Assembly: GCF_018977255.1 (NCBI RefSeq)
Contig: NW_024704743.1
Span: 44,518,001-44,582,000 of the forward strand
Direction: 5' to 3'
Length of the DNA stretch: 64,000 bases
Source of the DNA: Callorhinchus milii
Taxonomy: Eukaryota
The translations under genes were made by a program, and so were the position numbers. Below, piece by piece: positions 1 through 12,840 of this stretch (position 1 is its first letter; every line of letters begins with the position of its first letter). The notes under the pieces are model-generated. The model made no database searches, was not told the DNA's origin, and saw only the letters and a program-made list of their open reading frames with translations.

Positions 1-339
1 CAAACAATTGATGAAAGCGATCGGCTGTTTGTGGGAGCCCTTGCTTACTTTTGCGCAGTACATCTTTCAACCCCGGATTCCTGTATTGCTTTTGCTGCTG
101 GGTAAAACTATGGAGTGGAAGTGCTGCCAGTTCAAACATAATACCCGTTTCCCTTCTTTCCTGTAGTCCACTGCTTCAACACTCAACCACTAAACAATAA
201 TCCTCCATTTGATGTCCAAAGCCAATTCATCAGAAGCAAATAACTTCTTGCTTCAAGGATAACTTGGTAACTCAAGTTTCTTGCTTCCAGAAGTGATTCA
301 AATATCATTCTGCCATTCGTAATTCACCCAACTTGGACA

Positions 340-700
340 TTTTTCATTGAGATATAAGATGGCACTTCCAAACCTGCAATTTTGTGTTTCCATCCACCCA
401 TTCCCCCCGCCCTCCGCCCACCCCACTAATCCAGTCCATGTGTGGCATATTGTCTTGTCCAAGATCCTCACACTCATCTACAAATCCCTTCACACCCTGG
501 CATCTCCCTACCTCTCCAACCTGTTTACTCCACACTCCACCCCTCGTCGCTTCCACTCGACTGGCTTCAACCTCCTGCTTTGTCCCTCGTCCCCTCCGCT
601 CCACCATTGGTGGACATGCTTTTAGCCACTACACCTAAAGCTTTGGAACTCTGTTCCTCAATCTCTCTGCCTTGCCCCTGCGTTCCCGATTTTCAGATCA
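340..700 (+). mobile_element. L2-clade LINE 3' fragment (diverged)
   Basis: KILTLIYKSLHTLASPYLSNL motif. Confidence 0.7.
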
Positions 701-1794
701 GGCTCCACCGCAGTTAAGTTGTTGTTGAAATATTGAGGTCTAATGAGTTTTAACAGTGGTGTGTTCAGAGCTGTGTTTTTAAAATTATGCCATTGAATTT
801 TCTAATGACCAATTTTATAATTTTTCTTTTTAAAAAACCGCAATCCCCAACAATTGTTGGATTAACACTGACAGCTGAGTAAATGTAATCATAATGTGAA
901 CAGCCTGGTCCGATCGGCCGTGTCGCTGAAGTTCATCCCACTGGAGACAGCAGCTGGAATGTAAACTGAGGCCTGGTGAATGAATGAGGCAATTCAAAAG
1001 CCATGCCACAATCGCTATACTGTTATTAGAATGCTTCTCAACAGCACTGTGTTGCTAAAGGTAGAGAACTCCTTTCAAAAACAAAAGATTAATTGATAAC
1101 ATTTCTATTTGCGTGAGGTATATTGTTAACCAGTTTTCAAGCTCCATCTGCAGAATGCAATTAGGTTGGGCTGGACATTGCATCTACAGTGTTTTTAAAG
1201 GGTAGCTTAGACAAAAGACTCAGAAATAAATGTTTTGTCAGTGACACTTTTGCAAATGTCGTTTTGAAAATTGTTCTGCTGCGGCTGGATTCTGACGAAC
1301 ATAATTTGATCTGCATGCTCCTGAAAAATAACTAGAAAAGAGAGTCCTAAAATAATACCTTACATTTATACAACACCCTTCACATAGAACACCATCTCAG
1401 AGAGCTGTACCGTGGCGGGGATGGATGTTGAGCAGAAGGGAGGGGGGATGTGGGAGTTGACCATAGGCATGGTCTAGAAGATAGGCTATGACGGGAATTG
1501 AAGACAGATGGGAAGGGGGAGGGGGGTTGTTGGGTCCAGAGATTCAACAGCAAGTTTAAGAGGGAGTCTGGTGTGCAATTGATTATAGCTGCTATACTCT
1601 AATGTCACTAGATCTTGATCTTGTTTCGAACACATCTATTAGATGCTCTCTCAACATTTTCTGTTCCAGTGATTAAGCCCCAGTTGTTCAAGTCTATCCT
1701 CATAACTATAATCCCTCATCTTTGGTATCCTCAAGAGCTGAAACTTAGACCTCGTCTATGGCACTGATGGTCTTTCTATAGATTGGGAGGCCAT

Positions 1795-2398
1795 AACTTA
1801 CTCAGTACTCGTATTACGGAAACTCCCTCCTCATCGGCCTTCCCAACTCTTCCCTTCACAAGCTGCAGATCATCCAAAACTCTGCAGCTCGTGTACTCTC
1901 ACACATCAGGCTCCGTGACCCCATCACTCCCACCCTCGCCCGACTCCACTGGCTTCCCATCCCTCAGACGATCGAATTCAAGATCCTGGTCCCCACTTTC
2001 AAGGTCATCCATGGCCTTGCCCCCTCCTACTCTCTGACCTGCTGACTCCCTACCAACCTGCCCTCTCTCTCTCCGTTCAGCGGGCTCCAGCCTGCTCCAT
2101 GTTTCCGGCCCAACTCACCCTACCATCGGTGGCCGGGCTTTCAGCCTCTCTACCCCCATACTCTGGAACTCCATCCCACGGTCCCTTCGCTCGCTTCCTC
2201 CATTGCCTCCTTCAAGGCCGGTCTCAAGACCCTTTTCTTTGATCGTGCCTTTGGTCGCTCTCCCACCTCTCTGCCTTCCCTCAGCCCTACACCACCCCTC
2301 CCCCACGCTTGGGTCGTGACACCTGACTGTTCAGCTCTTTGGGACGTCCTCCTGACGCGAAAGGCGTTCTATAAATGTAATTTTATTATTGTTGTTGT
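1795..2398 (+). mobile_element. L2-clade LINE 3' fragment
   Basis: Homologous to 46803-47592; tail GGGACGTCCTCCTGACGCGAAAGGCG...(TTG)n. Confidence 0.88.
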
Positions 2399-5300
2399 AC
2401 TCCAACAGAGGCTTGACTAATGCCTTTTATAAATGGAACTCCAAATCCTTGTTCTTGTAATCACTTGCACTGTATAGAAAATCGCCAATTCCACTTGCCC
2501 TTTTCTGGCTTTTTCTATCTGAACTCATGCCTTTAAAGATCTGTTATTTATCTGCCCCACCATCGGTGAAGATGTTTTCAGCTATTCCCCTTTCTGTATG
2601 CAGGAATTGTATCCTGGGGTCTCATTGCTTTGCTCCCTGCCTTGAAAACCCACCTTAAGACCAATACTTTTGACTGCGTTTTGATCCCCTACCCTCCCCT
2701 CAACCCCAACTCTCCTCTGTCCAGCTCTGGTTCTCAGTCAGTTATTTGAAACGCTTTGCAATGTCCTCCTGATTTTGAAAGGCATTTATATAAATATAAA
2801 TCTTTGTTATGTACCTGCAACCCTAGATCTCTCTATTGCTCAATGTCATTAAGTCCTTTATTTGTTACACATCAAACTGTGTTAATGTTATGCACCTCAT
2901 AAAGGACGCTACATAAATGCAAGTTGGTGTGTTCCCAACCACCAGGTGCAATATGATAAGATATTTTGTTACAGATGTCTCCAGCTTCCTGTCATGAAAC
3001 GCAACCTGATGGACCGGTAGGTAAAGCCGTAAGTCATATGGAATAGTAAATTACCAGCTCAAAATAAAAGAATTATTATTTCAAATCACTGTCTATGCTC
3101 TGGGTGTTGCAACAGTGGTATCCCAGGCCTAGGGAAGTGAAAATCAGCTAGAGTTTCTGCTCTTTATTGTTATCTATTAATCCTTGCTGGAAAGTATCTT
3201 TGTATAAAGAGTGGTAAAGGCAGGGTCAGGCCAATGATGCTCTCAAAAGTCAAGTAGTGCAGGTACTCACTCACAGTCAGTTCTCATCTGAAGAATGGGC
3301 CTTTGGACACTGTGCCGGCACTTGTGGATCCACACCCAACAGGTCACCGTCTTCAGGAGTGAAGAAGAGGAGAATTTTGACCAAACAAAATCCCTAAATC
3401 TATCTTGTAATTGTTTTAGTATGTAGCCACTGCAATGCAAGTCAATAAAACTACTATGTTAAATAATATTCTTGGGTGGGTCAGCCAGGTGTCTGACACA
3501 TGCGGAAACCCATCACCATGCTTAAACAGAGTTCCACCTATACATGGAAATTCCAGAGATATTTGTTGGAATGGATAGTGCAATCTCTCCCTGGAGGGAT
3601 GCACCCTGCTTACCTAAATCCGGAAAGTACTAGGCACAGGTTGGCAAGAGTCACGGCTTGGGGCCCCAGAGCGTACATTAAGATACGGGAGTCCCTCCTA
3701 AGAGAAGCCATCAAACTAATTCCTTCCCAAAAGAACTGGATTAGCATCTAGTTGGGAACAGTATTAGATTATAGGGATACGTGCTTAACTGCCATTAGCA
3801 ATACTACACATCTCTTACAATAAATGCGCAAAGGTTTTGTTACAGGAGGAAGGATTGTGGCTGAGGAAGAATCAGACCGGGTAAAGAGAAGGTGGTTCCT
3901 GTGTTTGTAAATCAGAGAGAATGTATGCAGTCCTTTCCACTAAGAGATGGATTTTATTAGATCGAGTCATCAATATTTGGATCTGTGTTATCGCAAGGTT
4001 TATTTGGATCTGTGTTAACGCACAGACTTGTTAGGCCAGACTGATCTTTTCTCAGTCCACGTTAACAACGAATTGCCAGCATTCTCAATGATGCTGGTAA
4101 AACCAACATTGGCCACCAGAGGGAATATTGCAGTATTTACGTAACTGGAATTGGCACTAACCCAAGGCACTTAACAAGTGAAACCTGCTCAGCCAACTAA
4201 TAAGAGCATCATCCTATATAAGAGTGTAGGGGGAGAGATCTGCTGTTAGTCCAGATGATAATGGCAGTCTAATGGTATTAAATTGTCCTTTGTGACAAGT
4301 CCTCAGGCTCTGAAATCTTACTAATACCGACGTGACAAAATAATCTCAATGCGGTTGACTGCCTCAGCCAGGGATTTACTGAATGTATACATGCTTTGCA
4401 AGTCATGCGGCTTAAACTGCTGTTTCATTGACACGCAGGTATGCTTTGCAATGATAGGATGTGATGTTTAGTAATTTTATAAATTATTTAACACTGTGTA
4501 ACAGTTGAAGCTTTTGTTTCTATAACAGTGCCTTATCTTGTCATTTCTATCACGCTATTCAATTTGAGGAGTGAGGAGGTTATCCTGTGATAACCTCCTC
4601 ACAAATAATGCATGTATGAGCCAGGCTGGCTGGGTTGTCATTGGCAATGCCCGGGAATACTGCGTTCCTGCCTGGCTCAGGAACTTGACTACTGAGGACA
4701 CCACAGAGGGTTGGCTCAATTCTGGCATTCCATTGCCAAACATGACATGTTGGAGTCAGTTCAACTCTAAGGAGACTCTCTTACTTTGCCTCCCCCCCAG
4801 AAATACACAGTTACTACACTTTTACAGTACATCCTGTGAAGACCTTGAGACTTCCTCCTGACACAAAATGCAAGGATTATTATTATCAAATGCAACGATT
4901 ATTATTGTTGATAAGTGGACTATCATTCTCATTGTGTCACCTCGACAATATTTAAACGTGATTCCATATACTGTATTTAGAATCACTGTGATCTCTCTCC
5001 ACTTTCCTCACAGTGCTTGTCTCTAACTTCTTGTGAATGGCAGCATTAGTTTTGCTGCATTACACATCGCTTACCTTCATTTTCACAATTTTATTATGGG
5101 GTGCTTTCAGCTTGCCAGCCTATTAAGATCAGTAAAATTTTCTTTTACATTCCTCAATATCCTTGGTAATTTGGGCTGTTGTGTTTTGGACAATCTTAAC
5201 CTGGATAATTTGACATCTAAGGATATTTTGTTGGCCAACACAGGATTGTCATTTTATTTTTTATTTTATTTTACAGGTTTCAAGATTAATAATATGCAAT

Positions 5301-5439
5301 TAGTTATTCTTGAATCATGGCATTGCCTCAAATTTAGGTTTAGATAACATTTTTCAACATTGCCATCTGAATCACACTTGAAAAAAGTTCAAGAAGCTCA
5401 TTAATGGCTATTAATATATTAAATTAGCAGTTTTCCCAA

Positions 5440-5745
5440 CAGCTTGATTGGTAAAGGTACTCCCAGTGTGAAATGTCATACACTCAGAAATGTCCTAGCT
5501 TCAATTTCTCAGTTTGTGCTGAATTAGCTGTCTCAGTCAGTGACTTTGGGGATGTGACAATTGGCTTCTGTGCTGGGAAGAGAGAAAAGTAACCACGGTT
5601 TCTACTCCGATTGCTAGTTATTGATTTCTGTTAGAAATTCCTTTGTGTGTGTGTGAGTGGTGCATGTGTTTCCACGGGTAAGTAGTAATCAGCTTTGGCT
5701 GTGGTGCCCACAGGTCACAACACTCAATGTCAGGCTCACAGATGA
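5440..5745 (+). mobile_element. Ancient diverged SINE-like family (related pieces ~3085-3390 +, ~58400-58680 -)
   Basis: Shared GTGCTGA(A/G)TT...CAGC(C/T)AG(G/A)GTTTCT(A/G)CTC...GGCTGTGATG blocks; degenerate A/B boxes. Confidence 0.4.
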
Positions 5746-5754
5746 TTTAAGATT

Positions 5755-5902
5755 TAAGATTGTGCAAAATTCTGCAAACAGTCTTAAAGTCAATTTTAAT
5801 TTGGAAGTTGATTTTCCAAAGTTCTTTTTGGGTACTGTGGAAAACTGACTTCCAAGTCAAGACTGGATGTAAAACTATTCCCTGAAACTGTCCACAATCT
5901 TA
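5755..5902. mobile_element. MITE-like palindromic element (family B; related copy 51318-51447)
   Basis: TAAGATTGTG/CACAATCTTA outer and TTGGAAGTTGATTTTCCA/TGGAAAACTGACTTCCAA inner inverted arms. Confidence 0.55.
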
Positions 5903-6436
5903 TGTTTTAAGACAATGATCTTCAGGCTAAAAACATACAGATTTTTAGGGCTGCTGATGTGCCACATCTGTGCAGGTTTCAGCTACACGTTAAACAAGAC
6001 TGAAATCTTGACTGATTTCTTTCTGTGTCCCCAGCTCAGAGTAATACAAGCAATTGTGCCACTTCTTGCTCTGTTTAAGATCACGTAACTCACAACAAAA
6101 CACATACCATCTTCATCTGTATGTTTTAGGACCACACCAAATGGTGCATTTACTCATTGAGCCTTCAGACAGTTGAAGTAATTGCAATATAATGTTTGGA
6201 TTGTGACTAAATGTAATTACTAAATGGATGCTGACACACTGGCAGGAGGGGTGCACCCTGCTAACCCGGGTCAATCATTCTCAGGCTTTCCCGCTGTTTT
6301 TGCCATAATGTATCAAGGTAAATAACTTATATTTGTACAGTAACCACAGTATGCGGGAGCCAGTCAGGCCACATACAGAATGAACGTAGCTTTAGCATTA
6401 TACATTTACACAGTTACTGCACTTCACACTAAACTG

Positions 6437-6938
6437 AGTCCCGTAGCGTGGTGGTTAGCACGCTTACTTCACAGACGAGAGAACCTGCGTATGATTCCCA
6501 GGCAGGGCAAAACCTTAGGCATGTTTCCTTACTCCACATGCCTCTATTTACCTAGCAATCAGTAGGAACCCAGTTGCTAGTCGATTGACGGGTCGCTTTC
6601 AGGGGGTACTAATCCCTCGCCACAAAAAAATAATTTGGTTACTTAATCCACAAGTGTTTATGGTGCACTGCTGTGTGCCGTGTTTCGCACACAAAGTACA
6701 ATCAATTCACAATCAGCAGAGGCTGATTAAAATGGACGGCCATTTTGTCCGGCTTAAGCGGCGTCCGAGGCTACTCGATATACCATTACCTCTTCCCACC
6801 CAGCAGAGGAGCGGCAGTGATAGCTCCTACCTCTTATTCCCATTCCCATTGGGCGGGAAGGGGACCGATTAGCGGCGGCTCCTATGAAGCATTTTGAGAC
6901 TTCTCATCAAGGCTGTATCAAATGTAAGGATTATTATT
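6437..6938 (+). mobile_element. tRNA-derived SINE, older long subfamily, with internal foreign insert
   Basis: Diverged head, CCTTACTCCACA, extra central segment, tail GGATTATTATT. Confidence 0.8.
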
Positions 6939-7354
6939 CAATTTCTGAGGATTATTTTAAACTGCAATGGCTGCATATAAACATCAATAAAATCTGGTGA
7001 GATGTTGTCCAAAATCCCACATTCCCTGAGAAGCACACTTATTTATTTGCAGATCTTTGACGTGATTTGTAGCTGGTTATACTGCAACACTGAATGATAA
7101 ATCATGAAAAGTGTCTGTTCTTTTCTAAAGAAGGAGCATTAAGGCACTCAACCATGACAGCCAAGAAATATAGTCTGTCTGTCTAAATACTTCACATTGA
7201 ATCTCCTGCAAGTTGGATGATTTATAGATGTAGAAGTTGCAGTAACTCTTTCCCCCTTACGTTGCTCAACAAATCTGAGGCTTTAACGATTGCCATTTGT
7301 TAACGTTAAACATCTTGAGGTGAATTGCCTTACAAACCTGTCAATTCTATCTGC

Positions 7355-7652
7355 TTGGAGGGCAGTAGCCTGCTGCATGTCCGCTGCCCTGCCCGCCTCA
7401 TCATTGGCGGTCGGGCCTTCAGCTGCCACCTCCCTCTGGAACTTCATCCCCCAAATCCCTCCACCTCGTCCCACTCTCTTTGCTTCCTTCAAGGCCCATC
7501 TCAAAGCCTTCCTCTTTTGCCTTTGGCTACCCTCACAGCCCCCTACCTCCACCCCTCCTGATTGCAACCCCAAGCTCAGGTGCAAACCCTTACTGTCCAG
7601 CGCTTTGGGACATCCTTACGTGAAATAGAGTATATAAATGTAATTTGTTGTA
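7355..7652 (+). mobile_element. L2-clade LINE 3' fragment
   Basis: GGRAFS-region and tail homology. Confidence 0.8.
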
Positions 7653-7857
7653 GTTTTGAATTATGCTGCTTTCAGGAAATGTACTGGTCTTGTAAAGTGC
7701 CATTAAAAAACATCTTCAAATAAATGTCACTACAGTAAGACCATCATCCTCACCCTCACTTGGATCTATTGGCTCCCCAGCTCCCTGCAGATTGAACTCA
7801 GGATCCTTGACCTCACTTTCAAATGTCTCCAAACCTTGGGTGAGCTTTCAGCCATTC

Positions 7858-8082
7858 TTATAATAATAATAATAATCCTTGCATTTGATATAGAGCTTTT
7901 CACGTCGGGAGGACGTCCCAAAGCGCTTCACAGAACACACTGTAAAGTGAATTGACTGTATATTTGTGGGCGAACGCGGCAGCCAATTGCGCACAGCAAT
8001 GTCCCACAAACAGTCGTAGATTGAAAATGACCAATTTTTTTTATTATTGTTTTTTGGTTTTTTTGGAGGGATTATTATTATC
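7858..8082 (-). mobile_element. tRNA-derived SINE, 5'-truncated
   Basis: Body and tail match the 62696 copy; head absent. Confidence 0.88.
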
Positions 8083-10494
8083 TTGATACTCGTCAACAAG
8101 GTGATGTCTCACCACTGTAATCATAGACAGACTGCAGACATGGTTGGGAAGAGAGACTGCAGACATGGATGCAGTGGGCATGGAGAGAAGGAATAACATG
8201 ACCAAATCCTTCTCCATTCTCTGGAACTCTATCCCTCTGCTTCAACCCCTCCATCCCTGTCTTAACAACCTACATTAAGACCTAACCTTTTGACCATACT
8301 TTAAGCCACTTGGAGCTCCTCTCAGGTTCTCCCCTCAGGGCTGTGTAAAGGAACATCTTCTCCATGTGAAAAAGCGCTATATAAACGTAAATTCTTGTTA
8401 TGGGGGTGGGGTGCAATCACTGGCTAGGAGCCAGATTTAAAGATCTTGATAACATTACAGAATTGTTAATTTAAAGATAACATTACAGAATTTTTATTTG
8501 CAGAGGTTAGGTTGAACAGAGAAGCACATTTAGCTAATCTTGTGTTGGACTACTTCTAACTGAATGCTGACAGTAATTTGTCCAGACACGAATAAAGACT
8601 TTTATGTGTTTTTTAGGAGACAGAATATGCAGATGAAGCAAGTCTGAAAAGCACTCAGTGTATTGCTATAAAGCTAAATCACAAGAAACCCTCTAATTGT
8701 AAAGTCATACATTAGTGTGGTGCATATTAATTTAGAAACATATAAATTATTTTATAGTTTTGAAGCCTGTGCTTATGGTTTGATAAAATGCTTGAATTTG
8801 AACCTCATGTACAAAAGTTAAAATAAACTGAGGTAAAGGATTTCTGAACGCTTCTTCAAACTGGAGACGATTGAAAATTTCTGATGTAATAAAGTTTCGC
8901 TCTACATACAACCTGGGATAGGGCAGGAGATCACCAGTTAATTTTCTCAAGGGCATGACTACAATGTTTCTTCTCATTTCTATCATAACTGTGACTTACC
9001 TCTATAAAATTTTCATTACCCTTATGTCAGCAAGAATTATACATTATACAGGACAAATCCATTTAAGGCACACAATCCCTGCACTGCATTCCCTCCATTA
9101 CCTATTGTACAGAACACAGATCCTTTTGGCTCAGGACTTTCCAATGGTCCTTTTGACATTAACTCCTTGCGCTGGCATTAACTGCAGAGAATTCCAGATT
9201 CCCTTGAGCCTCAAATTTCATTTGATGTTTTGAGTTCACACTTTAGAGTATTATGCTGAGATGAACACAAATAATTGCTGTACCACAAGTATTTAATTTG
9301 TCCAATCCAACTTTATTACTTCCCACAAAATACTCACAGTCACACCCCTTTATATTATATCATCTGAAGTGCTTTGAGACATTTCCACAATCGATGTGGA
9401 ATGCAAGGATTATTATTACTGTAATATTTATCCCATTCGACAAACATACGTATTTCAAAAACAATTTGAAATAAAAATTTAAAAACGAATGGGTACACGT
9501 ATCCAAGCAGTGGACAAAAAGATGGTGACGAGCATCTCAAGTATTTCATGCTCACAGGAAGCTCACAGAGAGTTGCTGGTTCCGGCTGTCCACCTACTGA
9601 GGGCTCAAACCTGAGATTGTCAGATGTCAAAGACCCAATTAGTGAATATCCTCCTTGGAAATTAGAGGGGTCTCTTTGTTGCCAAACATGTCACCTTGTA
9701 GCCAGTTCAGCTCCAGAGTCAGAATTGAGTCAACCCTCTGTGGCAGTCTTGGTATACCAGTTCCTGAGCCAGGCACGTCTGCATGAGTTGGCAAAAGCCA
9801 AGGCGCTGCTGATGACAAACCAGCCAGCCTGGCTCATTGGTACAGTAATTTGTATTTATATAGCTACCTTCACATGAGTAGCATCTGAATGCATTGGTAG
9901 GACTTGGAGGGGAAGGCTGGGGATCAGGTGTTGTGAAAATATGGAATGCACTAACCCTGAACTCAAAAAAAGCAGATTCAGTAAGCATGTTTAATTAAAG
10001 CAGGTGGATATATATTTACAAAATGGGTCTTATAATAACATTGTTGCTTTTGATTTAGCCCTTTACATCAAAATACTTCAATTTGTTTCACAGTAGTGAC
10101 CATGTATTTTGAACGTGCATTCAAAGATATTGCCTTGTTCCTTTCCTCTTCCATATTCTCTCTTTCTGTCCCATTTTGAATCCAACTTTAAACATTTTTT
10201 TTGGACAAATCTATCTTATTTTTACATACTTTAAAAACGCCCAGTGCCTTGCAAGAACCCGCAGCCTTTCCCTTGGTGCTGTAGGAACCTGAGTGCCTGT
10301 TCACCTGATGCCTTGCAAAAACGACAATGACTCGCTTTATTTAGTGCCCTTCATGTGGGGTGGGGTCTCGAAGTGCTTAAGGAATGCTTACAGGAACTCG
10401 CACGATTGGCTTTGCACTAAGTGCCTGTCCACCTGGTGCCCTGCAGAATCCTCAGGCTTTGTTTTTTTATTAGTCTTTTATTAGTCAGCCTGGT

Positions 10495-10990
10495 GTTTAA
10501 GCGTAAGAATATGCTTAACAGTATCCAAACCTTTCCATGCACCTATATGTGGGAATTCCCATGATATTTATTGGAATGGAATGCACATTGTCTCCCTGCA
10601 GGGACGCATCCTGCTTACCTAATCCGGAGAGTATTAGACATTGGTTGGCAAGAGCCAAAGTTTGGGGACCCCAGAGTGTTTATTGGGGCACTGCTGGAGT
10701 CTGACCAGCTAAAGCCACAAAACTTACCATTGATATCGTTGTCTGTCAGGCTTTCCTGTTAGGGCTTTGGCTGCAGGGTTAACAGGAGCCGAGCGGGATG
10801 ACTCCCTACCCCCAGTGACTGGTCTGCCCTTCCAGGTCCTGATGATGAGCAGACGAGCTGTGCTGACATCAGCAGTGCCCTGGGATACTGCGGACCCTCC
10901 TGGCTCTGGTACTGGACTGGAGACCGCCACAGAGGGCTGACTTGATTCCGACATTCCACTGCCAGACATGTCACCTCAGAGCCAGTTCAT
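10495..10990. repeat. Unclassified interspersed repeat (other copies ~3480-3730, 4615-4780, 9590-9840, 12835-13045, 14040-14495, 22235-22460, 40540-41525, 43330-43500, 60870-60955)
   Basis: Shared blocks GGAATGGAATGCAC..., CCTGCTTACCTAATCCGGA, CAGTGCCCTGGGATACTG, GAGGGTTGACTCGATTCCGACATTCCATTGCCAAACATGTCA. Confidence 0.85.
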
Positions 10991-11835
10991 TTGCAAGAGG
11001 AACCCAGAAGGGAGGACCCTCAGGTTGGGAGGAACCCCAGGAGGGAGGACCCTCGGGCTGGGAGGGCACCCAGGAGGGAGGACCCTCAGGTTGGGAGGAA
11101 CCCCAGGAGGGAGGACCCTCGGGCTGGGAGGACCCCCAGGAGGGAGGACCCTCGGGCTGGGAGGACCCCCAGGAGGGAGGACCCTCGGGCTGGGAGGGCA
11201 CCCAGGAGGGAGGACCCTCAGGTTGGGAGGAACCCCAGGAGGGAGGACCCTCGGGCTGGGAGGACCCCCAGGAGGGAGGACCCTCGGGCTGGGAGGACCC
11301 CCAGGAGGGAGGACCCTCGGGCTGGGAGGAGTCCCGGGAGGGAGGACCCTCGGGCTGGGAGGACCCCCAGGAGGGAGGACCCTCGGGCTGGGAGGACCCC
11401 CAGGAGGGAGGACCCTCGGGCTGGGAGGACCCCAGGAGGGAGGACCCTCGGGCTGGGAGGACCCCAGGAGGGAGGACCCTCGGGCTGGGAGGAGTCCCGG
11501 GAGGGAGGACCCTCGGGCTGGGAGGAGTCCCGGGAGGGAGGACCCTCGGGCTGGGAGGAGTCCCGGGAGGGAGGAGTCCCGGGAGGGAGGAGCCTCAGGG
11601 TGGGTGGAGCCCTGAGAGGGAGGAGCCCCAGGAAGGAGGAGCCTCGGGGTGGGAGGAGCCTCGGGATGGGAGGAGCCTCGGGGTAGGAGGAGCCTCGGGG
11701 GGGTGGAGCCTCGGGGTAGGAGGAGCTGCGGGGGGTGGGAGGAGCCTCGGGGGGTGGGAGGAGCCTCGGGGAGAGGAGCCTCTGTGTGGGAGGAGCCTCG
11801 GGTGGGAGGAGCCTCGGGGGGTGGGAGGAGCCTGG
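10990..11835. repeat. G-rich minisatellite (33-bp unit, then ~19-20-bp unit) upstream of RPL15
   Basis: CCCAGGAGGGAGGACCCTCGGGCTGGGAGGACC repeated ~17x to about 11580, then GGGAGGAGCCTCGGGG variants. Confidence 0.95.
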
Positions 11836-11869
11836 GGCTGTGCTGCTCTCTCTGCCCAGTGTCTGTCAG

Positions 11870-11951
11870 CTGGCACTTGGCGGATGTGACGTAGTTGGTG
11901 CTAAGCACGCCGGGAGCGCCCTCCCTCCTTTCTCTGCCGAGCCGCCGCCAT
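11870..11951 (+). promoter_or_regulatory. RPL15: RPL15 core promoter and non-coding exon 1 (5'TOP pyrimidine tract)
   Basis: CpG-rich; CGGATGTGACGT (ETS/CRE-like) at 11881-11892; pyrimidine tract CTCCCTCCTTTCTCT at 11921-11935 typical of ribosomal-protein TOP starts; YY1-like GCCGCCAT followed by donor GTAAGC at 11952. Confidence 0.75.
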
Positions 11952-12268
11952 GTAAGCTTCAGCCGTGTGTCTGAGCGCCCGACAATCCGCCGCCATCCTC
12001 CCCTCACACCGGCCATCCGCGGCCCGCGGCGCCCCGGGGAGTCTCCCGCTCGGCCCCCGCGATCACTGCGCATCTTATTTGCACTTTACCGCGGGATGGA
12101 AGAGCTGAAACCCGGGGGGGGGGTGGGGATGGCTCTGGGGGAGAGCGGCCCTGGTGCTAAGGCCTCCGCGTGTGGACACGGGGAGAAGCGATAGCAGAGG
12201 CCGAGGCTGTGGGGAGGGTTAGTGCTGTGGCTGAGCCCCTGTCCTCTCTCTTCCTCCCCTCAGACTGA

Positions 12269-12457
<189 letters not shown>

Positions 12458-12494
12458 TAGGGGTATGGCTAACCTTCCTGCTGCTTGTCCAGCC

Positions 12495-12840
12495 GGGGCC
12501 ATTACTACCCATTGGGGCCATTGCTACCCATTGGGGCCATTGCTACCCATTGGGGCCATTACTACCCATTGGGGCCATTGCTACCCATTGGGGCCATTGC
12601 TACCCATTGGGGCCATTGCTACCCATTGGGGCCATTGCTACCCATTGGGGCCATTACTACCCATTGGGGCCATTGCTACCCATTGGGGCCATTGCTACCC
12701 ATTGGGGCCATTACTACCCATTGGGGCCATTACTACCCATTGGGGCCATTACTACCCATTGGGGCCATTACTACCCATTGGGGCCATTACTACCCATTGG
12801 GGCCATTACTACCCACTGGGGCCATTACTACCCATTGGGG
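12495..12840. repeat. 20-bp minisatellite in an RPL15 intron
   Basis: GGGGCCATT(A/G)CTACCCATT x ~17. Confidence 0.97.

Noticed and set aside
830..1330. Possible conserved non-coding enhancer (repeat-free, complex sequence)
   Set aside because: Cannot be supported without cross-species alignment
5420..5450. AVGKTA peptide on - resembling the NKIRAS1 P-loop
   Set aside because: Stop codon four residues later, no upstream KVVVCG, no splice sites; chance match
10990..11580. CRISPR-like 33-bp periodic array
   Set aside because: Head-to-tail tandem units with no unique spacers, no cas genes, vertebrate context
10942..12073. Long Gly/Pro-rich, collagen-like ORFs on both strands
   Set aside because: Translations of the 33-bp minisatellite, open in most frames because the unit lacks stop codons
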